This document shows, piece after piece, positions 57,201-64,000 of a DNA stretch of 64,000 nucleotides (position 1 is the stretch's first letter; each line of letters begins with the position of its first letter). The stretch lies in IMG/VR virus record IMGVR_UViG_3300028377_000005, positions 1-64,000 of that record. One strand, written 5' to 3'. The position numbers and the translations under genes were made by a program. Below the pieces are notes generated by a model that did not search any database, was not told the origin of the DNA, and saw only the letters and a list, made by a program, of their open reading frames with translations. The DNA is from a virus.

Positions 57201-57646
57201 TAGAGCAGCAAGGCAACGCTAAGGTTTACGTCCTCAAAGACGGCCTCAATTACCCCACGGTGGCCGGTGGTGGAGATGTTTCCCAACACCACGGGGTCTT
57301 CGAAGATACGCAAATGATGGATCTCGTAAGCTCGTACAACGACCTATTTAATGAGGCAGGCAAAGCATTAGTCGTGGGGGCCGATGGTCTTAATATCGCC
57401 GGGTATAGCGACGACGCCACGTTGACGGCTGCGGGCTATGCTACAGCCACTGAGCGGGAAGCCCGGCGCAAAACACTGACAGCTAACCGCATCTTCTTCA
57501 GTGTGGATGGCAATGATTCCCCGGAAAACCACACGTATGCCGCCACTTACGCCGTGAACAGAGATAGTGGTTCCAAATCTATCATGGTCACTGACGTAAC
57601 CTATCTCGAACTCGGAAACTTTACGATCACATACCAGCAGAGTTAA
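54221..57646 (+). CDS. baseplate J-like (gp6/gp47) wedge protein
   Basis: PGSVVRDVFIEP, IRATEAGEDGNVVAGGI, FGRDRESNARLAER, GGKVDVW; N-terminal FN3. Confidence 0.85.
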   Translation: MPVEPPKFVTPNGQTKTTTLDLVTSVRDQVLTGELSSDIVDVQVKVNNEPFKSDSNLVSFDQDSFTVPNPNVFPEGLRLDYGANKIQIRIIDVTGGVSTPAVASINVIRDSDLDLVVSPPSGLRVRRRSNEVEIVWAQNDLPNVIGYNVYGAIDSGGGTQGYIKLNKNLITEVAFEETELTGVAEDSTFYTSEGGQLRILLVEEDFNDNPVKTVGESVVTTSLRATNEIKVTTSLDGVETRDYLHFVHDRVATEDDGVINNEFFADVPNDEPLFYVITTVAYDPDTNRQIESTYSSELVGLPLVITTGLQEIPSKSQNDIVRDYLSSITRTDNQVSAIPGSVVRDVFIEPFASETERLHFIAGFIRRSQSFSTLLAIDDLDGDGESDPVAQNPYKQALKSALGIDRDSDVQALIDDSFEKLASNVQKARGGAGFAIGQAIFYTTTEPTTDLVVEEGTIISTESSQDNPSVSFTTTSRVVLPFDVKDSYYNLRKKRWEIQANIRATEAGEDGNVVAGGINRVLGGASSMQVENLEATRFGRDRESNARLAERAILAYSSVDVGTEGGYLSTALKQQGVFRAKVVKSESEFMMRDYDDLREKHIGGKVDVWLQGLEEVQVTDTFALRFRVARNIQFILDSNPSDLIFVADDPRLSPDNPITELLGATSQQQAQGFGFRNVSTGEDFDLTNYTILDYNRIKLDASLTQPSVSTNDIVAGDFRFQETSQYVFSRQPAFGVESISSLNTGAVLEEGTNYQLYRVEDPLLDGYSTQAQDYIEITQSGGVPSGNTFVVNDENHVLVGEAPEPLENLGVNPISVRVFSLDRLTEYDGPNSASPDFLIQEGDETTPLEIFRVPSGSIGNGEEVSVDYEHDENFEVEYTINNLLDRVQGAINKQRHITADVLVKQAISNEVELEMTVVLEPGSSRAQVDADLRTNVSQLLNSKAIGEPVYQSDVVQAIENTTGVIYVVMPFARMALADGSLIIREPVNNDATFLEQQGNAKVYVLKDGLNYPTVAGGGDVSQHHGVFEDTQMMDLVSSYNDLFNEAGKALVVGADGLNIAGYSDDATLTAAGYATATEREARRKTLTANRIFFSVDGNDSPENHTYAATYAVNRDSGSKSIMVTDVTYLELGNFTITYQQS

Positions 57647-57647
57647 G

Positions 57648-60326
57648 ATGGCCAACGGATTTAACAACGGAAAGCAAGACCCGTATCCTTTGGTAGAGGA
57701 GGGGAAAGGGTACCAGAAACTTCTCATATCGAGAAGTCAAGCGGTCCTCAACGCTTTAATCAACCTGCTGCCCTCCAACTATGAGTCTAGCGTCGTAGGC
57801 CCGAATTACACGGTCTACATGAAAGCAATGGCTACGGAGTTGGCACGCATTACGATCATCCTAGAGCGCCTCGGCACAGACGTGTCTTTTGATGAGGTGC
57901 GATCTGAGTTTCTCTGGGAGACGGTCGGGTACCTTGTTTTCCTGAACCAACAGTTGCCAGACCTCGAATTCGACGACGAGAGCTTTCGGGATTTCCTCAA
58001 AGCGGTCATCGAAATTTACTTTGAAGGGTCAACACCTGCGGCAATTCGCAAAGGCGTCGAGCTATTCACTTCCGAAGAATTCACCATTCGTGAGAACTTC
58101 GAAGATGCACGCCAAGAGGGCAGCCCGCTTGATGTTAGTGATCAGTTTGGGTTTTCGCTGGACTTTGACCTCCAAGCGAAGTTCCCGAAAGACGTTTTCC
58201 GTTTCGACAAGAACCTCCGGTTGTTGATCGAGATCATCCGCCCGGCGCATACACTTTACCGCCTCCGCTTTATGTTCGGTGAGGACGCGGATCTCCTGAA
58301 CAATGTGACCGACGAAATGCGGATGCACCTCCGCAACTATTACTATGACGATGCTCGTGGGTATTGCGCGGGTATGGCGGGTTTCGATAGTACATCCGGG
58401 TATATCGAATTAGGTAGCCTCAGTGTACTCAAAGACGACGCCACAGACAAGCCCTTGGCTTCCGTTTCGGAAGGCGCAACCCTCTTGATTGAAACCTGCC
58501 TTAACAGTGGGCGTTACACCGTCGTTGGGCACCCTACCTCCAATTCGATCAAGGTCTTTCCGAAATTCGAAGGGGCGGAGGACCCGGTATCTTACCACGT
58601 CGAAGTGGACCGCCTCGGACGCAAAAAAGAGCTACTGGTCGAAGAAGATGTGTCCAGCCAGTTCTACGATACATCCCGGCTTACCGTAGATGGAGGTGGG
58701 CCTTATACCGTCACCGAAATGACGGACACCACACTAACCGCCTCGTCCAACGGTAGCGACGTAGAGTACGTCTGGGACCTTGATGGGGATAACGTATATG
58801 ATGATGCGTCGGGAGCCTCTGTGACGTACACAGCGCCTTCTGGACCCGCTGAGATAACGGTATGGGTAAAGGGGACCGACCAGCGGGGACGTAAGGCCAA
58901 AGATAGTGCCGTTATTGTAGTACTCGATCAGCATCAAGTTCAGATGCTCGGCACAGGTACGTTGACGATCAACGATGTTACGTGGTCCACGTCAGCTTCG
59001 GCCTTGATGAACGGTTCAGGTACCCTTGCCCCTTCGCCTACGGTAGAACACCTCGCCTCTGTTTCAATGGAAGGTGATTCTCTCATGGAAGTGATCCTCG
59101 GGCGCAACCCAGAGGACCCTTGCGCTATCTCAATGTATGGCTTGGCTTTCGTGGAAGTTGAAGCGTTTTTGGATCACAAAGGAGACGCTGATTTAACAGG
59201 AACGGCCTCCTTGGGTTCAACCCCCGTCATGGAAATGTTCAGTGCTGTAGATATGGTGGGGGCAGCTATTACGGATATAGGTGTCACCCAAGTGTTAAGG
59301 GTCTCGGCGGCTATGACGGGATCCGCTACCACCGTAACCAGCCCAACAGCCATCGCCTCGGCAACGGTAACTATGGCGGGGTCTGCCACGACCTCGGTGG
59401 AAAGCGAAGAAATTTCCACAGCATCCGTCTCTATGGTGGGATCCGCATCTATAACAACAGGTGCTCAGGCGTCTACGCCAATAACCACCTCCATGACGGG
59501 GACCGCAACGATTTCCGTCGATTCGACTGTAACACAAGACGTTTCCGTTTCTATGACGGGCACAGCAACGACAACAATCGATTCAACCTACACAATGGAT
59601 CCAACCTCCATTGCCGGGTTGGTTTATTGGATCGACCCCAGCGACAAAGATACCATATACCAAGATCAAGGGGGTACGGTAGCTGTAACTACAGATGGAG
59701 ATCCCGTAGAGCGGATCGAAGATAAGTCGGGTAATGCTAACCACTTTACGAACGAATCCGTAGTACCTTATTGGTCAGAAACAGGGCTCAATAGCATTGG
59801 TAGTTTGGGGTGGGATGCCACTACCCGATACCTGTATGCTAACAGTGTAACGCAAGTGGATACAGGCGCTCCCATTTCAACCTTTGCTGTAGCCATCACA
59901 AATGTTGAGGATGAAAACTACATCCTCAACCACAGCTATTCAGACGGATCCCCGGAAAGCCAGCGCCTTTTGCAATTGGGAGCGAGTTCCGGGGACTGGA
60001 ACCTAACAGGTTTCGACTCGCTAGGCACAGGGCACACGGCCACGATTTCGGGACAAGTCGGAAAAGCCTACGTTGTGAACATTGAATGGGATACTTCCAA
60101 CAATCTGTATGCCCGTACCAGACTCGGCACCGGGTCTAACCTCGGTAATGCCGACGCATCACCTACCTCAAACACGTACATCGAGCTGGGTATGGCCCGT
60201 GATGGAACCAACACAAGGGTGGGATATTTCGATGGACTATCTGGGGAGATCATTTGCTATGCAAGTTCCCTATCAACCTTAGATGAAACCCGATTGCGCC
60301 AGTACCTGTCCGATAAATGGCTCTGA
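57648..60326 (+). CDS. baseplate wedge/fibre-attachment protein with PKD domain, 20-aa repeats and C-terminal lectin-like domain
   Basis: gpI-like N-terminus (FRDFLKAV..GSTP.AI...IIRPAHTLY), YVWDLDGD PKD, MxGxA repeats, IAGLVYWID...IEDKSGNANH...GEII.Y...YLSDKW tip domain. Confidence 0.75.
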   Translation: MANGFNNGKQDPYPLVEEGKGYQKLLISRSQAVLNALINLLPSNYESSVVGPNYTVYMKAMATELARITIILERLGTDVSFDEVRSEFLWETVGYLVFLNQQLPDLEFDDESFRDFLKAVIEIYFEGSTPAAIRKGVELFTSEEFTIRENFEDARQEGSPLDVSDQFGFSLDFDLQAKFPKDVFRFDKNLRLLIEIIRPAHTLYRLRFMFGEDADLLNNVTDEMRMHLRNYYYDDARGYCAGMAGFDSTSGYIELGSLSVLKDDATDKPLASVSEGATLLIETCLNSGRYTVVGHPTSNSIKVFPKFEGAEDPVSYHVEVDRLGRKKELLVEEDVSSQFYDTSRLTVDGGGPYTVTEMTDTTLTASSNGSDVEYVWDLDGDNVYDDASGASVTYTAPSGPAEITVWVKGTDQRGRKAKDSAVIVVLDQHQVQMLGTGTLTINDVTWSTSASALMNGSGTLAPSPTVEHLASVSMEGDSLMEVILGRNPEDPCAISMYGLAFVEVEAFLDHKGDADLTGTASLGSTPVMEMFSAVDMVGAAITDIGVTQVLRVSAAMTGSATTVTSPTAIASATVTMAGSATTSVESEEISTASVSMVGSASITTGAQASTPITTSMTGTATISVDSTVTQDVSVSMTGTATTTIDSTYTMDPTSIAGLVYWIDPSDKDTIYQDQGGTVAVTTDGDPVERIEDKSGNANHFTNESVVPYWSETGLNSIGSLGWDATTRYLYANSVTQVDTGAPISTFAVAITNVEDENYILNHSYSDGSPESQRLLQLGASSGDWNLTGFDSLGTGHTATISGQVGKAYVVNIEWDTSNNLYARTRLGTGSNLGNADASPTSNTYIELGMARDGTNTRVGYFDGLSGEIICYASSLSTLDETRLRQYLSDKWL
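58944..59600 (+). repeat. about 11 tandem 20-22-aa repeats (S.SM.G.A...) within the fibre gene
   Basis: MLG, MNG, MEG, MYG, LTG, MVG, MTG, MAG, MVG, MTG, MTG at 20-22-residue spacing. Confidence 0.8.
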
Positions 60327-60330
60327 TCGG

Positions 60331-60359
60331 TTTTCTGTTTGTAACCTCGAAGTAATGGA
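60331..60359 (+). promoter_or_regulatory. putative late promoter (TTTTCTGTTTGT-N13-TGGA)
   Basis: Recurrent motif. Confidence 0.45.
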
Positions 60360-60385
60360 AACCGGAACTTTCAAGGAGAATAGTT

Positions 60386-60778
60386 ATGTCCCAAATGACC
60401 AATTATTTGGAAAATGCACTGGTCAATCACGTGCTTCGCAACACGGCATTGACTTCGCCCACAACCGTGTACCTAGCACTTTACGATGCTTCCCCTACCG
60501 ATACAGGTACGGGTGGTACTGAGATCACAGGTACGGGCTATAGTAGGCAGAGCGTAACGTTTACGGCACCTACTAACGGATCCACTTCAAACTCCAGCAC
60601 ACTTAGTTTCACGAACGGTAGCGGCGGTAACTGGACGATTGCCGCTGTTGGTATTATGGATGCCAGTAGTGGTGGTAACATGCTCTTTCACGGCACCCTA
60701 ACCGGAGGCAGTAAAACCGTTGCAGACGGTGATACCATCACGTTCAACGCTGGTGATCTCGACATCACGCTTGCTTAA
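60386..60778 (+). CDS. small virion/fibre-associated protein (NYLEN family), paralog of 12833..13216
   Basis: TNYLENALVNH...YLALY...EITGTGYSRQSVTF...DASSGGNMLFHG. Confidence 0.85.
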   Translation: MSQMTNYLENALVNHVLRNTALTSPTTVYLALYDASPTDTGTGGTEITGTGYSRQSVTFTAPTNGSTSNSSTLSFTNGSGGNWTIAAVGIMDASSGGNMLFHGTLTGGSKTVADGDTITFNAGDLDITLA

Positions 60779-61365
60779 TTGAGCGTTTCGGGCTTGATGG
60801 GTTCTTGGCGGTTCACTTCGTCCATCACGTAATCGCCCCACATGAGGACCACTTTGTTACGGTCCGTATCGTGGGATACCAGAGCAACTTCGGTTTCCGC
60901 ATCCACCGTCGTAACCAACACTGACCTCCCATTATAGGGTGGCGGATCTCCCGGAAGAAGGGGCACGGTCGCAATTGTGATCGCGTCCCTTTTTTCTATG
61001 GTGCTCAGGTCGACGGGTGGTTCTTCGAACCCTACGTACATGAAATCGTCATGCTGCCGGATCACGGGAAGCATCATGCCCGGCTCATATCCCGGAACCG
61101 CAAGTGCCGTCAAAAAATTGACTTCCAGCATCGAGTTTTTGAGAAGGCCAATGTCCCGGAGCATTAGGAACATTTGCTGGTAGCGGTGGATATGGGTGGT
61201 GAACCCTTCCATAAAAACGGCCCTATCCACCTTGAGGGTTTTATCGTCCTCGGCGATAGGGCCGGTCAAAAGTTCGTCTACTTGGTTTTCGAACTCGTCT
61301 TGGAGTTCAGTGAACAGACCACCTAGACGGTCGGATGGAAAAAAGATCGCACTATCGTCAGACAT
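60775..61365 (-). CDS. hypothetical protein
   Basis: GGGAG RBS, 196 aa. Confidence 0.75.
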   Translation of the reverse strand: MSDDSAIFFPSDRLGGLFTELQDEFENQVDELLTGPIAEDDKTLKVDRAVFMEGFTTHIHRYQQMFLMLRDIGLLKNSMLEVNFLTALAVPGYEPGMMLPVIRQHDDFMYVGFEEPPVDLSTIEKRDAITIATVPLLPGDPPPYNGRSVLVTTVDAETEVALVSHDTDRNKVVLMWGDYVMDEVNRQEPIKPETLN

Positions 61366-61428
61366 ACAGACTCCCTGTAATTCAGATGGGCAGCCGATCG
61401 TGTACGTCTTAGTAGTACGTCGTGTCAG

Positions 61429-62709
61429 TTATTCTGACTGCTCTTTTGCTTTTTGTTTCGCGTCGAGGATTTCACCCTTGATGCCACTGTACAACTCATG
61501 TTGCCACATGACGTCGAAGAGGATCACACTTTCACTGTTATAACAATTCATTATCAATGCAAAGTCCGCTCTAGTATACTGATCTTTAGCGTACAAAGCA
61601 AGGGCCTTTTGTTCCTCTGAAGGGTCCACGGGATGTACCTCTTCGAGGCATTCGGCCAACATGTCACGCACCTCATCCGCACGGGAACGACATTTCGCAA
61701 GCCAATCTAGGTATTGCGTGTGGTACTTTTTGTAGTACTCCAGCGTTTCCTCAGACGTCGAACCCTCGTCGATCAAGTAGGTCTTGAGGGCTTCCCATTT
61801 TTCGAACTCAGGCTTGCCGAAACATATTTTGGTGACAGTTTTAATCGAACAACTGTACCGGAGCGCGAACTCCCACCGCCACCGTTCTGTTTTAGCCTTG
61901 ACCCGGTGAACGATACGCCCGTCCTTTTCGAAGCAGATCACACCCCCTTCCGGCAACCAATCAGCATCCTCTAGGCCCAACACTGTTTCCACCGCCTCCG
62001 CCAGTGTTGTATTCTTGGCAAGGTATTCCACCGGCTTACAGTTGTTATCCTCGGCCCACTCCATCACGCGGTCGTTGGTCCAATACGTGTGGGTGTCCAA
62101 GTCAAACACCGAAAGCACAATCAGATCTTCTCGGTCCCCATATTTAGTGACGCCCGATTCGCATTCCGGGTGCAGAGCTTCACAAACGATGGTTTTACCG
62201 CGAATCACCTCGGGATCGAGCAACGCGGGGTACTGGTCCTCAGCGATGCGTCGAATAGCCCCGACATAATCGAAATCCGCGCCGTGGACATTGATATCCA
62301 CACCTTCGAGCATACTACGGGTCGATACGTAAACCTCACCGTCGTACTCGAAGATTTGCGCCATGTAACCGTCGTCTTTGAACGGCAAACTTACGCGCAG
62401 CGCTTCATCTTGCGCAAGGGCATGGGTTACCTCGTCGACCTTACCCTTTTCGCCGTGGTTGTAAATCTTGAGCAAGGGCAACGACACCACCTCATAAGGA
62501 TCACGTCGGTAAACGATGCCCTTGGCGTAAAGCTGGTGCTCCCATTCCGGCGTGAACAGGATGCTGGAAGCATTCGCAATCACAAGCCCATTGTCGTGAT
62601 CTCGCTGGTTAAGCATTTCATCGCCGTCGATAAGCGACAAGACCTCCTCCGGGTTGTCCCGGAGCTTACCCAAGAGGTAATCGATATGTACGTTCGTTAC
62701 AGCTTTCAT
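61429..62709 (-). CDS. RNA ligase, T4 Rnl1-like
   Basis: PLLKIYNHGE, motif I FKDDG, STRS, TIVCEAL, PEGGVI, RVKAKT; ATG 62709 is ATGA-coupled. Confidence 0.85.
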   Translation of the reverse strand: MKAVTNVHIDYLLGKLRDNPEEVLSLIDGDEMLNQRDHDNGLVIANASSILFTPEWEHQLYAKGIVYRRDPYEVVSLPLLKIYNHGEKGKVDEVTHALAQDEALRVSLPFKDDGYMAQIFEYDGEVYVSTRSMLEGVDINVHGADFDYVGAIRRIAEDQYPALLDPEVIRGKTIVCEALHPECESGVTKYGDREDLIVLSVFDLDTHTYWTNDRVMEWAEDNNCKPVEYLAKNTTLAEAVETVLGLEDADWLPEGGVICFEKDGRIVHRVKAKTERWRWEFALRYSCSIKTVTKICFGKPEFEKWEALKTYLIDEGSTSEETLEYYKKYHTQYLDWLAKCRSRADEVRDMLAECLEEVHPVDPSEEQKALALYAKDQYTRADFALIMNCYNSESVILFDVMWQHELYSGIKGEILDAKQKAKEQSE

Positions 62710-62969
62710 GCTATTTTCTCCGCCACCCATATCAAGGGGTGGTAAATCCACAACACAGTATCATTGATGCGGTCGAATATGCCCTCTCTCAAATCCCACA
62801 TGTGGTAGATTGCACCCACGAAAATGAGGGGCAACGTGACCGGCAGCACTAACAGGCAATAGGCCGCCAGTGCAAGGAGCCCAATCACATAAACAAAGGG
62901 CGTAAGCGTAAGCAGCACAACCGCCAGTGCCTTTTTCCAGAGGGGTGAACGATTAATGGCTATCCGCAT
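62706..62969 (-). CDS. small membrane protein
   Basis: Long hydrophobic stretch; overlaps both neighbours. Confidence 0.65.
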   Translation of the reverse strand: MRIAINRSPLWKKALAVVLLTLTPFVYVIGLLALAAYCLLVLPVTLPLIFVGAIYHMWDLREGIFDRINDTVLWIYHPLIWVAEKIA

Positions 62970-63660
62970 AGTATACCTCTTTCGCTTCCACCTGTACCAC
63001 TTCCCGCTCAGGCCACCTCAGAGCCGCCAAGGTGTTTCCCTTGACGCAAGACGTATCCACGCAACAGTAGTGCTCATGAACGGTCGGGTCGTCCATCCAG
63101 TAGTGTCCAAAGACAACAAACTCGGGGCCTTCGTAATCCCTCCACCATTCGATTCGGGAATTATCCGGGCCGCCACGGAGGCCGTACATACGCAATTTGG
63201 CCTTGCCATTGAACGCATGGACAGCAACGGCTTCACCACCGTCCAGTTCGATCTTGGTAGGCACTTCCTCTAAGAGGAATTCACCTAGCTCGGTTCTGGG
63301 GCTATCGAACGGCCACCCTTGCTCAAGCTCGGAAACCGTTTTCTGTAACCCGTGTGCGATGGAAACGGGGTTGCCTTTCATCCATCGGAACAGCTTGTTG
63401 TCGTGGTTGCCTTGCACCCACAGGGCTTTGCCCGCTATCCAATGGAAATAGGCAAACTGCAGGGCGAGGCTGTTATAATACCCACGATCTGTGATATCCC
63501 CCACCAGCACAAGCATCCGCCCTTCGGGGTGTTCGTACAGGCCATCTTCACCCATAACGTAACCGAGCTTTTCAACGAGTGCGATTAGTTCGTAGTAACA
63601 CCCGTGGACGTCGCCTACGGCGTCGAAGTGGGTAACGTGTTTTGCGTCGAGTGTCGTCAT
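62953..63660 (-). CDS. metallophosphoesterase, Pnkp phosphatase/PrpE-ApaH type
   Basis: GDVHGC, HPEGR.LV.VGDITDRG, GNHDNKL.R, VFGHY, VDTSCV.G..L.ALRWPE. Confidence 0.9.
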   Translation of the reverse strand: MTTLDAKHVTHFDAVGDVHGCYYELIALVEKLGYVMGEDGLYEHPEGRMLVLVGDITDRGYYNSLALQFAYFHWIAGKALWVQGNHDNKLFRWMKGNPVSIAHGLQKTVSELEQGWPFDSPRTELGEFLLEEVPTKIELDGGEAVAVHAFNGKAKLRMYGLRGGPDNSRIEWWRDYEGPEFVVFGHYWMDDPTVHEHYCCVDTSCVKGNTLAALRWPEREVVQVEAKEVYYADSH

Positions 63661-63670
63661 GGTTGCACAC

Positions 63671-63699
63671 TATTCCATTTATAGTTCGTATCAAGTGAT
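63671..63699 (+). promoter_or_regulatory. putative late promoter (TATTCCATTTAT-N13-TGAT)
   Basis: Recurrent motif upstream of the ORF at 63744. Confidence 0.5.
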
Positions 63700-63743
63700 A
63701 TCCTTAGACGTATGCTTATACCCTACTTATCGGATGTAGTCAA

Positions 63744-64000
63744 ATGAAAGACCTTAAAGATCGTCTCATCAAGCTCGGCAAGGTGCGTAAGGATTTGCGC
63801 CCCCACCTTCGGCCTGTTTTGGCGGAGTTAAAAAAGCAAGCTGCGTCGGTGCGGGTGCCGGTCACTATGTCTCAGACCTTCCGTCAGATGGAGTGGGAAT
63901 ACATGCACGAGCTTGGGCAGGTGATCATGGCCGAGTTCAACAAACAGGTATCCCGTGAGTCGCAACTCCACAACATCGAGCCTGCTATGGATTCCCGGTT
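63744..64000 (+). CDS. 5' part of a hypothetical (probably virion) protein, runs off the window
   Basis: MKDLKDRLIKLGKVRKDLRPHLRPVLAELKKQAAS..., open to the end. Confidence 0.7.
   Translation, partial: MKDLKDRLIKLGKVRKDLRPHLRPVLAELKKQAASVRVPVTMSQTFRQMEWEYMHELGQVIMAEFNKQVSRESQLHNIEPAMDSR

Noticed and set aside
20603-60778. Interpretation as a bacterial contractile injection system (eCIS/T6SS) or tailocin
   Set aside because: Embedded among phage-type nucleotide, RNA-ligase, intein and HNH genes with no host housekeeping context; fits a large myophage tail.
1-64000. CRISPR arrays, tRNAs, DGR repeats, stop-codon recoding
   Set aside because: No regular direct repeats, tRNA folds or reverse transcriptase seen by eye; long genes are intact in the standard code and TAA, TGA and TAG all serve as stops.

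Overview
This window is part of a large tailed-phage genome, most likely a jumbo myovirus (dense genes, frequent ATGA/TAATG overlaps, standard genetic code). 1-12.8 kb holds DNA- and nucleotide-metabolism genes: a bacterial-type topoisomerase II A subunit, thymidine kinase, dTMP kinase, a metallophosphoesterase, a NADAR-like protein, a degenerate Tpt1/KptA and an unusual set of DNA-methyltransferase pieces. 12.8-18.2 kb is a minus-strand fibre/decoration cluster. 19.6-60.8 kb is a contractile-tail module (tube, chaperones, tape measure, hub with a transglycosylase domain, spike, a 2322-aa protein, gp25-like, baseplate-J-like and fibre genes) interrupted by accessory genes: an intein-containing protein, an HNH gene, a four-gene paralog array, a cyclic-phosphate receiver domain, SLOG and thioredoxin. 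60.8-63.7 kb encodes an Rnl1-type RNA ligase and a Pnkp/PrpE-type phosphatase. The best candidate for a new system is a split, modular beta-class DNA methyltransferase: at least three separately encoded, catalytically stripped target-recognition modules plus one stand-alone SAM-binding module, with one of the recognition modules running out of frame into an HNH nuclease. An intergenic motif (TAWTYYRTYTRT-N12/13-TRGA) recurs at least 11 times and is probably the phage late promoter. I saw no tRNA, rRNA or CRISPR array. All family calls come from motif recognition by eye; no database search was run.
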